Sequence record: NC_047998.1
Strand: one strand, 5' to 3'
DNA: 50,403 bases
Source of the DNA: Shigella phage Sfin-1
This document shows positions 25,235-33,369 of this stretch, in pieces. Each line of letters starts with the position of its first letter. Within the stretch, counting starts at the first letter, position 1. Below the pieces are notes generated by a model. It had not been told where the DNA came from. It did not search any database and worked only from the letters and a program-made list of their open reading frames with translations. The translations under genes and the position numbers were made by a program.

Positions 25235-25636
25235 TCATGCCACAGCCTTTAACCAGAATCCTAGATCTGACGATTTAAACTCAACCAGCTTTCCGTCAAC
25301 CTCAAGCATCATACTGTTTCTGCCAGGTGAGTAGTAACCTATATGCAACTCATGCTCCATACCGATAGTGCAAAGCACATTAACGAAGTCAGGAGGCAAC
25401 CAATCAGAGAAAGGGATTTTCTTAACCTGCTTTTTTCCGATCCAGATAGTATGATAATCTTCTGCGTTAATATTTAAGCCTGGAAGGCTTGTTGTTTTTT
25501 GCTGCTTTTCGTTCTCGCTCAATTCTCTTTCCTTCTTCACGATAAAACTCAAGTGACGGAGTTGCTGGCACTCTATGCATTTTTCTCGGCATATCTTCCA
25601 TAAATGAAATCTTGCCATTTGATATAATGCTAACAT
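25235..25636 (-). CDS. Hypothetical protein (overlaps 25467..25739 in another frame)
   Basis: 133-aa ORF; weak RBS; C-terminal 80 aa look protein-like. Confidence 0.3.
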   Translation of the reverse strand: MLALYQMARFHLWKICREKCIECQQLRHLSFIVKKERELSENEKQQKTTSLPGLNINAEDYHTIWIGKKQVKKIPFSDWLPPDFVNVLCTIGMEHELHIGYYSPGRNSMMLEVDGKLVEFKSSDLGFWLKAVA

Positions 25637-25739
25637 CCTTTATATCGAAATATTTCGCTATTAGTGCTATATCGTCTGAGATTCCGCATTCCTTCGCGTG
25701 CTCCCAAACCTCGCGTTTACCTTGTTTTTTTATCAACAT
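25467..25739 (-). CDS. Hypothetical protein (overlaps 25235..25636 in another frame)
   Basis: GGAG RBS; N-terminal 55 aa look protein-like, C-terminal part is low-complexity basic. Confidence 0.3.
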   Translation of the reverse strand: MLIKKQGKREVWEHAKECGISDDIALIAKYFDIKDVSIISNGKISFMEDMPRKMHRVPATPSLEFYREEGKRIERERKAAKNNKPSRLKY

Positions 25740-25926
25740 TGGTTAATTTCTCCACGCTTTCAATAAAACACTCAACATCTTTGACTGAGCAGCGATAGTA
25801 AGCCATTTTAAGGAAGTTCATAGCAATATCCCAATCAAAATTGCCGCCTTGCTTTTCAGTGATATGAACAGCCATTTTTGCAGACTGCTGAGCGATATTG
25901 AAAAAGTTTGCGTTAATGCGTGCCAT
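25717..25926 (-). CDS. Hypothetical protein (69 aa)
   Basis: Start at the ATG with GAGGA RBS, downstream of a promoter cassette. Confidence 0.4.
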   Translation of the reverse strand: MARINANFFNIAQQSAKMAVHITEKQGGNFDWDIAMNFLKMAYYRCSVKDVECFIESVEKLTNVDKKTR

Positions 25927-25958
25927 CTTATTATTCCTCATTTCGTTTTGATGAAATA

Positions 25959-26002
25959 ACTATACCCGACTTTCGCCGGGTAGTTTTAGCAATTAGTGCT
26001 GT
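25959..26002 (-). promoter_or_regulatory. Promoter cassette (TAGCACTAATTGCTAAAAC plus 22 bp plus TATAGT)
   Basis: Same architecture as the early cassettes; CCCGGCGAAAGTCGGG hairpin. Confidence 0.5.
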
Positions 26003-26244
26003 AAGATCGTGTCGGATTTAAGTTCTTCTACGTCTTTCTGAATGATTGAAGGCCAATGCTCTATGTGTTTATTCTTTATCTCATCGAACGACATATCAAG
26101 AGAACTTGTAAACTCCCATAAATCGCAACCAATAACATCTTGAGTTAATCCGTTTCTCTCCATAATTTCGCAGCACGTAGCGCGATAAAGAAGCCATAAC
26201 CCTTGATCGGTTAATTTAACAGGAACCATTTTTTCGCTCATCAT
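25993..26244 (-). CDS. Hypothetical protein (83 aa), translationally coupled to the Dam gene
   Basis: ATGA overlap with the Dam stop. Confidence 0.45.
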   Translation of the reverse strand: MMSEKMVPVKLTDQGLWLLYRATCCEIMERNGLTQDVIGCDLWEFTSSLDMSFDEIKNKHIEHWPSIIQKDVEELKSDTILQH

Positions 26245-26954
26245 ACTTTTCTCACCTTTGCTCGTTTGTTTTTAACGGAAGGACAAATGCTTGTGATTGG
26301 GATGTAGTGAGTCTGTTGCGTCTCACCTTCTTTAAGTTCGCGCATAATAAAAATAACCGAACCTTTGTTGTTGCCGTCTACGGCTTTTCCAGTTTCACCT
26401 GATATGAAAGCCAGACGACCGGATCGTGCGTATTCATTGCCGTCAATATCCTCAGTCAAATCAGCTTCAATCCAGATGATTTCAGCCGCGTGCTGTCGAG
26501 CCTCAGTAAACCACGCCGTCGAGTTATCGGCAGGTAAAAGAATATCGATCTGGTTGTTGTGCTCCATTTGCTCAATCGCTTTCTTGACGAATATATCAGG
26601 TCGACTGTAAGGAGGATTTAACCATACGTGCTTATTTTTACCCCACCAACGTTTTAAGCAGTTTGTTTCCTGGGAATAAAACTTCTCGCAAACTTTATTT
26701 TCTTCGCTTGCCGCAGCGTCTAGATCATATTTTCCGTAGCGCCCCTCAAGATATGCGATAACCTCTCGTGGAGTTGACCATAAATCACGAACAGCATCCG
26801 GCGTATTGGTCCCCTTGTATCGACGTCCTGAAATCTCTTTGCAGGTTGGGGTTTTCAATGCCTGATAATAACCGCCTGATGCTATTGCTTCGCGAGTAAA
26901 TGAGCAACCAGTTTCAGCAAAATCAATGGTTTCGATATCATTAAAGTCTTTCAT
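26241..26954 (-). CDS. dam: DNA N6-adenine methyltransferase (phage Dam type)
   Basis: NPPY catalytic motif (WLNPPYSRPD); GAGAGGA RBS. Confidence 0.75.
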   Translation of the reverse strand: MKDFNDIETIDFAETGCSFTREAIASGGYYQALKTPTCKEISGRRYKGTNTPDAVRDLWSTPREVIAYLEGRYGKYDLDAAASEENKVCEKFYSQETNCLKRWWGKNKHVWLNPPYSRPDIFVKKAIEQMEHNNQIDILLPADNSTAWFTEARQHAAEIIWIEADLTEDIDGNEYARSGRLAFISGETGKAVDGNNKGSVIFIMRELKEGETQQTHYIPITSICPSVKNKRAKVRKV

Positions 26955-26980
26955 TTTTAATCCTCTCGTTTCGGTGAGAT

Positions 26981-27025
26981 AATAATGCCAGAATCCATTC
27001 CGGCATGTTTAGCAAAAAGTGCTAT
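26981..27025 (-). promoter_or_regulatory. Promoter cassette upstream of the Dam gene (TAGCACTTTTTGCTAAACA plus AT-rich -10)
   Basis: Dyad in minus orientation; -10-like ATTATT at about 22-23 bp. Confidence 0.4.
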
Positions 27026-27438
27026 TTCGTTAAATCGTATATTGCCAGCTTGAATTGCTCAAATCCGTATGCAACGGCAGAGAATCCACCGCGATCCCGA
27101 ACCTTTTTGAGAAACTCCCTTTGCTTATCGCTGACTGGTGATGCCTTTCCTTTGCCGGACTTATTAACCCGCTTGAGTTCGATAGCTGCGAACGGGTAAC
27201 GTGAGTTTATACCAATCAGAATAACAAAGTCTGATACGCCTTTAAGTAATCCAGCCTGCTCATCCCTAAGTGCCGAAGTGATTGTTTTTTCACCTTCGTT
27301 AACTGTGTGCCAAAATAGAAGCTGAGGAAAATTGTATTTCAACCAGGACACGCAGTCTACTTGATGAGCGTCCTCCTTTCGCGTGTCGCTAGGATCTCGC
27401 TCGTAAAACTCTAAGTAATCGCCTTTATCTGTAATCAT
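27022..27438 (-). CDS. VRR-NUC domain nuclease (PD-(D/E)xK fold)
   Basis: D...ELK core (DFVILIG...AIELKR); ATGA-coupled to the helicase. Confidence 0.55.
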   Translation of the reverse strand: MITDKGDYLEFYERDPSDTRKEDAHQVDCVSWLKYNFPQLLFWHTVNEGEKTITSALRDEQAGLLKGVSDFVILIGINSRYPFAAIELKRVNKSGKGKASPVSDKQREFLKKVRDRGGFSAVAYGFEQFKLAIYDLTK

Positions 27439-29453
27439 TCCGGGATATCCTCCATACCGAAATCTTTGCGTGAAATAATATCTTCTTTCTTCTGGTTGCG
27501 TCTATGAGTAACGCGTACCGGATGCGCTATATGATGAGCGTATTGCACGATCTTGATAGCGTTCTTCATTCCGATAAAGTAGCGACGCATTTTAGGATCT
27601 GATACGTGAGGTAATACTCCTTTCGTTTTCCATAGCGTACCGCAAATCTTAGAGTCTGACTCAGGGAAGAATTTTTCATACGCCTTGAACTCATCACCAT
27701 CGTCGTTAATAAGTGTGTATTTGTATATCACACCCTTTTGGTTTTTGGTTAACGTAACTTCAAAATTCTTGACCTCGTACCAGTCATTCTTAGTGTACGC
27801 CTTACCGGATAACTTAAGGTTAGGATCAACAAGAGAAACATCGCAACAGCGACATACTCGGGCAACAACGTCATTCTCGGCACCGCACCCTTTAACAAGA
27901 ATTTTCCCGGTACGTTCATCAACCTGGTCCTCGCAAATCTGAGAAGTCCAGAAATGATCGCAGCGTTCACCGTCGATAACGTTAACGCATCGGCGAGCGT
28001 AGAAGCTATTTACGCAACCACATTTCGGACACTTTTTCGGGTCTTTTCCGTTCTCAAATCGCTTCTGGAACTGAGCCTGCTCAAGTATAGGATCGAAATA
28101 AAGCTGCCCCAACTCATCCATCGTGCCTGCGAAATCCCATACAAGATGGTCTTGCTTAACCATCCCTTCAGCAACCTGCCATGATTTAAGAAGTCGCATA
28201 CCCCTACCCAAAAGCTGAATCAGCAAGGTGAGAGATCCTATCTTGCGAAGTATTACACTGAAATCCCAGTTTGGAACGTTAACGCCAGTAGTTAGCGCCA
28301 TGACCTGAAAGGTGTATTTAATTTTCCCTGCCCTCACATCATCAAGAATCTTCTTGCGCGTTTTAGTGTCTGTGTCGCCAGTAATAATTGCATATGTGCT
28401 TCCAGGCGGTAGTGCCGCTGCCGCCTCTTTGCAGTGACGCACCCCAGCGCATGTAATCAGGACTGCGTTACGCTCTTCAGCCTTTTTAGCAACCATTTGC
28501 ATGATTCGCTGAGTAAGAGATTTATCATGAAGGATCTCATCTTCCATTGCCTTCATATCTTTCTCTGTAAAGTCCTGTACCCCATCCTCGCTTGATGCCT
28601 TAAATTTATCAAGATCGTAGTGAACTCCGTCCGTCGAGCCGAATATAGTAGGAACAACTGAGCCAAACTCAATAAGGTAGTTGGTGTCTATATCAGTAAC
28701 GCGCTCACGCCAGAAGCCTAACGCCTTTGGATTCTCAACAAGAATAGGAACTACGCCACGAAATTCAGATCCAGTCATACCAAATATTCTGAGGTCGTGA
28801 CCGTGAGTTTCTTTGCAGCGGCGCATCATTTCCATGATTACGATCGTGTATTGGCTTCGCTTAGTTCCAAGTAGAGGCTTCCCATCATTACCAATCAGAG
28901 GAACCTCCCCATTCATAATGATTTTTCCCTTCTCTTCCCGCATCTGTTCCATCGTTTCCTTGCCATCTATGGCTTGTGCAAGGTCTTCCCAATCCACCTG
29001 GTGACATTCATCTATCCCGATTACGTGAGGGACAAAATCAGCTAGCTCATTATTTAAACCATTTGCAACAGTACCCTCAGAGCCTACCACGATCGGGAAG
29101 TAGCAAGACTTGATTCCAAGTGACGCTGAGAATATAGAGTTAGTCACCCCGAAATTGTCGATCTCTTCACTATCCTGATCGACAATCTCACCCTGGCGTG
29201 CCAGCACAAGCATTTTCAAGCCCATTTTTTGACACTGCTTTGCAACCATAGCAAAAATGATGGTCTTACCCGCCGATACTGACGCTTTAACAAAGAATGG
29301 GTGCTCATAATTTGATAGGCGTTTTGCGATCTCAGCATAAGCAACAACCTGGTACGGATACGGAACGACCTCACCAACAGTGAATCGTTCTTGAGTGCGT
29401 TTTATATAGTCCTCGCCAAGTAATGCGATTTGCTTTTTGATGTTAATTGTCAC
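27435..29453 (-). CDS. Superfamily-2 DNA helicase with C-terminal zinc-ribbon
   Basis: Walker A SAGKT, motif II DECH, C-terminal CPKCGC...C..C cluster; GTG start with AAAGGA RBS. Confidence 0.8.
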   Translation of the reverse strand: MTINIKKQIALLGEDYIKRTQERFTVGEVVPYPYQVVAYAEIAKRLSNYEHPFFVKASVSAGKTIIFAMVAKQCQKMGLKMLVLARQGEIVDQDSEEIDNFGVTNSIFSASLGIKSCYFPIVVGSEGTVANGLNNELADFVPHVIGIDECHQVDWEDLAQAIDGKETMEQMREEKGKIIMNGEVPLIGNDGKPLLGTKRSQYTIVIMEMMRRCKETHGHDLRIFGMTGSEFRGVVPILVENPKALGFWRERVTDIDTNYLIEFGSVVPTIFGSTDGVHYDLDKFKASSEDGVQDFTEKDMKAMEDEILHDKSLTQRIMQMVAKKAEERNAVLITCAGVRHCKEAAAALPPGSTYAIITGDTDTKTRKKILDDVRAGKIKYTFQVMALTTGVNVPNWDFSVILRKIGSLTLLIQLLGRGMRLLKSWQVAEGMVKQDHLVWDFAGTMDELGQLYFDPILEQAQFQKRFENGKDPKKCPKCGCVNSFYARRCVNVIDGERCDHFWTSQICEDQVDERTGKILVKGCGAENDVVARVCRCCDVSLVDPNLKLSGKAYTKNDWYEVKNFEVTLTKNQKGVIYKYTLINDDGDEFKAYEKFFPESDSKICGTLWKTKGVLPHVSDPKMRRYFIGMKNAIKIVQYAHHIAHPVRVTHRRNQKKEDIISRKDFGMEDIPE

Positions 29454-29467
29454 GGCTATTTAATCCT

Positions 29468-29496
29468 TTGAATCGTTGTATCGTTTACGATATAAT
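29468..29496 (+). promoter_or_regulatory. Sigma70-like promoter (TTGAAT, 17 bp, TATAAT) for the rightward HTH/primase genes
   Basis: Canonical hexamers and spacing directly upstream of the 29548 gene. Confidence 0.5.
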
Positions 29497-29534
29497 ACAC
29501 GGCATACAGTAAACGTTTTTAGCAAAAAGTGCTA
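29491..29534 (-). promoter_or_regulatory. Promoter cassette for the helicase operon (TAGCACTTTTTGCTAAAAA plus 22 bp plus TATTAT), divergent from the plus-strand promoter
   Basis: Dyad in minus orientation; its -10 overlaps the TATAAT of the plus-strand promoter. Confidence 0.45.
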
Positions 29535-29547
29535 CAGGAGAATTAAG

Positions 29548-30000
29548 ATGAATATGAAACGTATCGCAGAGTCTACTGGTGAAATCGATAAACGTCACAT
29601 CAATGGTAACAACGGAACACGACGCGGTAAAGATAAAAAGCCTCGCCAGCGCTGCGGATTTTATATCCATAAAGAAGAAACGCGCGCAGGACTGAGAGCG
29701 CGATTGGATGCTCTTATCGAATATTACGGTGGTCCTGCGGCCTGCGCAAAGGCTCTAAAAGTTAGCAATCAGACGGTGCAAGGCTGGAAAGATCGCAATA
29801 TGATTTCATGGCAAGGCGCTGAAGCAGCGCATCGTGCTTACCGCCGACAGGGTTGCAAAGGATTCCGGGCGGCATGGCTACGATTCGATCTGAAGTTTGA
29901 TGGGAACGGAAAGTGCCTTGAGAAGCGATGCAAAAACAAGAAGTTTATGCGAGTCGTGAAGAAGGAAGATATTGGAACGACGAATAGCATTTTTAGTTAA
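29548..30000 (+). CDS. Cro/YdaS-like helix-turn-helix DNA-binding protein
   Basis: GGPAACAKALKVSNQTVQGWK matches the YdaS/Cro-type HTH signature as I recall it; AGGAG RBS; basic C-terminal extension. Confidence 0.45.
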   Translation: MNMKRIAESTGEIDKRHINGNNGTRRGKDKKPRQRCGFYIHKEETRAGLRARLDALIEYYGGPAACAKALKVSNQTVQGWKDRNMISWQGAEAAHRAYRRQGCKGFRAAWLRFDLKFDGNGKCLEKRCKNKKFMRVVKKEDIGTTNSIFS

Positions 30001-30007
30001 AACAAAC

Positions 30008-30046
30008 GACGCGTAGCGGGTTAACATCCTTCTACGCGTTTTTTAT
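30008..30046 (+). terminator. Putative intrinsic terminator
   Basis: CGCGTAG...CTACGCG stem followed by a T-run (long loop). Confidence 0.4.
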
Positions 30047-30060
30047 TTGGAGATCTGGAA

Positions 30061-30996
30061 GTGAACGAAGAGTTTATGATGTTTCAGAAAGAGGACGTCT
30101 TGCCGTATATGAAGGGGTTATGGCGTGAGGCTTTTCAGTCAGTCTGCGGATTGCCTAACGAGGTATTCAACAAGAAGCATCAACCTTGCCCCAACTGTGG
30201 AGGTAAAGACCGTTTTCGCTGGACCGACAACCTGAATACCCCAGGGGACGGCGGTGCAATCTGCAACTCATGCGGTAACGACTCCGGGATCGGTTGGTTG
30301 ATGAAATTAACTGGTATGCCGTATAGCGAATGCATAAATATCTTGGGAAGATTTCTCGGAAAAGTTCCGCAGGAATACATCGTCAAGGCAAACAAGAAAG
30401 CGCGCCGAACTCCGGTATCTGGTGTCAATGTCATGATGGCAGATCATGAAGCGGTGATGAAAGTCATGGAGCGCACAGAGAAGCGCGTAAACACGCCTCT
30501 AAGCATGTTTGAATCGCTACCTACTGAATCATTCGACGTTGGCGTAAAACGTCGCGAGGATGGCGGCGAGAGCGTATTTCACACTATCCCGTGTCAACTT
30601 GTGCATGAGGACGGGCTTGATGACGAGTTTTGCAATATTTTGATTATTGACGAGGAAGGAAGGGAGTCATTTTACGCTAAGAAATACACAAGTTGCTCGG
30701 TTGCTGTGACTGGTAAAACTGAAAAAGCGATCTACTTATGCCTTAATTGGATTGATGCTCAGCATATTGCATTTCACACAAAGCAAGAGGTGTGGGCCTG
30801 CTTCACTCCTGAAAATCTCGAAATGGTTGCGTACAGATACAAAGGAGATCGCGAGGTAAGAGTGGCGTGCGAACCTTCAGATAAGGAGACTTTATACATG
30901 GCTGACGACCGGCAATTAAAAATAATCATCCCGAATCCTGGAGGATACCGTTCAGGAATGCAAGCTAAGTTATTCTCAGCAAGTGACCTACTCTAA
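30061..30996 (+). CDS. DNA primase (N-terminal zinc-ribbon)
   Basis: CPNCGGKDRFRWTD...CNSC zinc-binding motif typical of phage primases; GTG or nearby ATG start. Confidence 0.55.
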   Translation: MNEEFMMFQKEDVLPYMKGLWREAFQSVCGLPNEVFNKKHQPCPNCGGKDRFRWTDNLNTPGDGGAICNSCGNDSGIGWLMKLTGMPYSECINILGRFLGKVPQEYIVKANKKARRTPVSGVNVMMADHEAVMKVMERTEKRVNTPLSMFESLPTESFDVGVKRREDGGESVFHTIPCQLVHEDGLDDEFCNILIIDEEGRESFYAKKYTSCSVAVTGKTEKAIYLCLNWIDAQHIAFHTKQEVWACFTPENLEMVAYRYKGDREVRVACEPSDKETLYMADDRQLKIIIPNPGGYRSGMQAKLFSASDLL

Positions 30997-31019
30997 CCGC
31001 CTTCGGGCGGTTTTTTATT
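30996..31019 (+). terminator. Intrinsic terminator (CCGCC-TTCG-GGCGG plus T6)
   Basis: Tetraloop hairpin and T-run directly after the primase stop. Confidence 0.7.
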
Positions 31020-31033
31020 GCCCGTTGCAAGAC

Positions 31034-31076
31034 CAATAGCACAATGATAAAATCTGTGTTTAGCAATTCGTGCTAT
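31034..31076. promoter_or_regulatory. Paired partial and full dyad element upstream of the tail fiber gene
   Basis: ATAGCACAATGATAAAA (plus orientation) and TTAGCAATTCGTGCTAT (minus orientation) 8 bp apart. Confidence 0.35.
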
Positions 31077-31096
31077 TTACTTAAGGAGTTTACGCT

Positions 31097-32881
31097 ATGG
31101 CTTTATACAGACGCGGTACTGCATCAATGGATGCAGACGGAACGGTTCACGGAACCGATACAAAATGGAAAGATCAGCTTGCTCTTATTCGCGTAGGTGC
31201 AACTATCGTGTTCCTTGAGCAACCAATTAAGCTGGCTGTGATTAGCGATATCGTTAGTGATACAGAATTAAAGGCTATCTCTACTGATGGTCAGACTGCC
31301 GATGACGGTAAGTATGTGATCCTACTTAATGACTCTCTAACCGTTAACGGATTAGCTCAAAACGTCGCCGAGACTCTGCGATACTATCAAAGCAAAGAGA
31401 CTGAGATTGCGGAAGCTATAGACCTGATAAATCAGCTTGATATGAATAAACTTGAGCAAATAGTTGCTGATGTGAATCAGGCGAAATCTGATTCTCAAGC
31501 TGCGCAAAATCAGGCTGAATTAGCGCGTGACGCAGCCAACGCTGCACGCGATGAAACTAACTCAATCAAGAATCAGACGCAACAGATTGTTGACGGTGCT
31601 GTCGGTAGCATCAATGCGGCTAAGGATCAGGCTATAACCGATGTGCAGCAAAAAGAAAATTCATCCATCACTCACATTGACTCAGAAGAAGCGGCGGCGA
31701 TTCAGGCAATTAATGACGCGAAAGGCGATCTGTCAGGTTACGTTAATGACGCTCAAACGGCAGCACAAACGGCTACCTCTGCAAAAAACGACGCTCAGGC
31801 AGCACGTGACGAAGCGGTAAGCTCAAAAGATGCTGCTGCGGTAAGTGCTCAAGAAGCAAAAGACGCAGCTAACAGCATCAATGCTGAAAATCTTTTAACT
31901 AAGGATGGCAATCTAGCTGGTCTTGATGATAAAAAAGAGTCAAGAAAAAATATTGGGTTAGGTGAAAATGATGCTGTTAACTTTCTTACTATTAACACCA
32001 CGGGAGCTATAGGGGCAGGAAGGAACTCATGGAACGGTTCTAATTGGGGTAGTCAGTCCATATTGTCATCATTGATGATTATGTCACCTGATGGAATATC
32101 CACACCAGGGATTTACGTCAGAAAAGAACATAGCGATAATGGTTATGCTGGGGCTTTATTATTTTATGAAGGGGCAAACTACTTCGAGACTAACAATAGA
32201 TTTAGAGCTAATCAGTTTTTATGCCAGAAAACATCTATGGGTTACAACCAGATGTGGTCTGCTTCATGCTTCCAGGGTAATGCTTACACTGCCGATAGTG
32301 GCGCTGAAAACTATCAATCACTTATTGCTGGATCGTGTGGTACAAGGGGTCAAGGGTATGTTGGCGGCGTAGCTTTTGGCATGATGACTACGGGCAATCC
32401 TGAATGGCCCAGGGCGCAAATATCAGTAGGCGCTCAAGATAGGGATGGGGCAGGCAATATTGGTTTGCAAATGCATTTCAGGTTTATGGCTTCAGGGCAA
32501 ATATCTTACGCTGGACCGCAAGGGGCTGGAAGTTTCCAACAGATTCCGGCATCTGACAGAAATATAAAGCACAGCATAAAGGATGATGAATCAAGCATTG
32601 CATACAACAACATAAAATCAATGAGATTTAGGAACTTTATCTTTAACGATGATGAGCAAGAAAGGGTAAGGCGAGGTGTTATAGCTCAGGAGATAGAAGA
32701 GATCGACAATCTATATGTTAAGAGAAGGATGTATGAGAGCCACGAGCTAAACGGGCCAAAAGTTGAAAGGCTTGAGCTTGATACAACTCCTTTATTGCTT
32801 GACACTATGAGAGCTTTACAGGATACAATAAAGAAAGTTGAAGAGTTACAAGAAGAGATAAAAATGTTGAAGTCCAAATGA
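31097..32881 (+). CDS. Tail fiber protein with C-terminal intramolecular chaperone (peptidase S74-like) domain
   Basis: Long Ala/Gln/Asp-rich coiled-coil region; C-terminal segment ...DRNIKHSIKDDESSIAYNNIKSMRFRNFIF...GVIAQEIEEI... matches the self-cleaving chaperone domain as I recall it from T5 pb1 and endosialidases; AAGGAG RBS. Confidence 0.75.
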   Translation: MALYRRGTASMDADGTVHGTDTKWKDQLALIRVGATIVFLEQPIKLAVISDIVSDTELKAISTDGQTADDGKYVILLNDSLTVNGLAQNVAETLRYYQSKETEIAEAIDLINQLDMNKLEQIVADVNQAKSDSQAAQNQAELARDAANAARDETNSIKNQTQQIVDGAVGSINAAKDQAITDVQQKENSSITHIDSEEAAAIQAINDAKGDLSGYVNDAQTAAQTATSAKNDAQAARDEAVSSKDAAAVSAQEAKDAANSINAENLLTKDGNLAGLDDKKESRKNIGLGENDAVNFLTINTTGAIGAGRNSWNGSNWGSQSILSSLMIMSPDGISTPGIYVRKEHSDNGYAGALLFYEGANYFETNNRFRANQFLCQKTSMGYNQMWSASCFQGNAYTADSGAENYQSLIAGSCGTRGQGYVGGVAFGMMTTGNPEWPRAQISVGAQDRDGAGNIGLQMHFRFMASGQISYAGPQGAGSFQQIPASDRNIKHSIKDDESSIAYNNIKSMRFRNFIFNDDEQERVRRGVIAQEIEEIDNLYVKRRMYESHELNGPKVERLELDTTPLLLDTMRALQDTIKKVEELQEEIKMLKSK

Positions 32882-32883
32882 TA

Positions 32884-32909
32884 AAATCCCCGCATTGCGG
32901 GGATTTTTG
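32884..32909. terminator. Bidirectional intrinsic terminator between the tail fiber and SSB genes
   Basis: AATCCCCGC-ATTG-GCGGGGATT hairpin flanked by A- and T-runs. Confidence 0.65.
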
Positions 32910-33323
32910 TTAGAACGGGATATCATCATCGAAAGTTGATTGAGGATTTGGCTGTGGCTGTGATTGCGTTCGCTGTTGTTGCTGCGGTGATCGTTGTTGA
33001 TTGCTTTGTCCTCGTTGACTAAATACCAACTTCGGGAAGTCAGCGGCCTGCAATGAATTGTAAACCGTTCCATTGTGTTCACGTGATGAGATCTTCAACG
33101 TCTCGCATGATACTGATACGACGCGACCAACCTGGAACGCTTCACGATACCAGTCAGCAAGACCAGGCTTTCCACCGTCGCTAAAAAAGAATGTGTAGTT
33201 GGTGTATTCTCGATCTCCATCTCGAGGCTTGTAGCTCTCTGCCAGTTCGATTATATAAGTATTCCCGCCGTTACGTTCAAGAATCTTAGGTTCTTTTCGG
33301 ATCTCTCCAGTGATAATATGCAT
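32910..33323 (-). CDS. ssb: Single-stranded DNA-binding protein
   Basis: Gln/Pro-rich linker and canonical acidic C-terminal tip DDDIPF; AGGAGAG RBS. Confidence 0.7.
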   Translation of the reverse strand: MHIITGEIRKEPKILERNGGNTYIIELAESYKPRDGDREYTNYTFFFSDGGKPGLADWYREAFQVGRVVSVSCETLKISSREHNGTVYNSLQAADFPKLVFSQRGQSNQQRSPQQQQRTQSQPQPNPQSTFDDDIPF

Positions 33324-33369
33324 GATTTTCTCTCCTAAAATTTATGGGCGACCGAAGCCGCCCGTATTG

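Noticed and set aside
25488-25505. A_AAA_AAC slippery heptamer near the end of ORF 25467..25739 as a second programmed frameshift site
   Set aside because: The -1 frame after the heptamer reaches a stop after 8 codons, and the overlapping ORF is in the +1 frame, so a -1 shift cannot join them.
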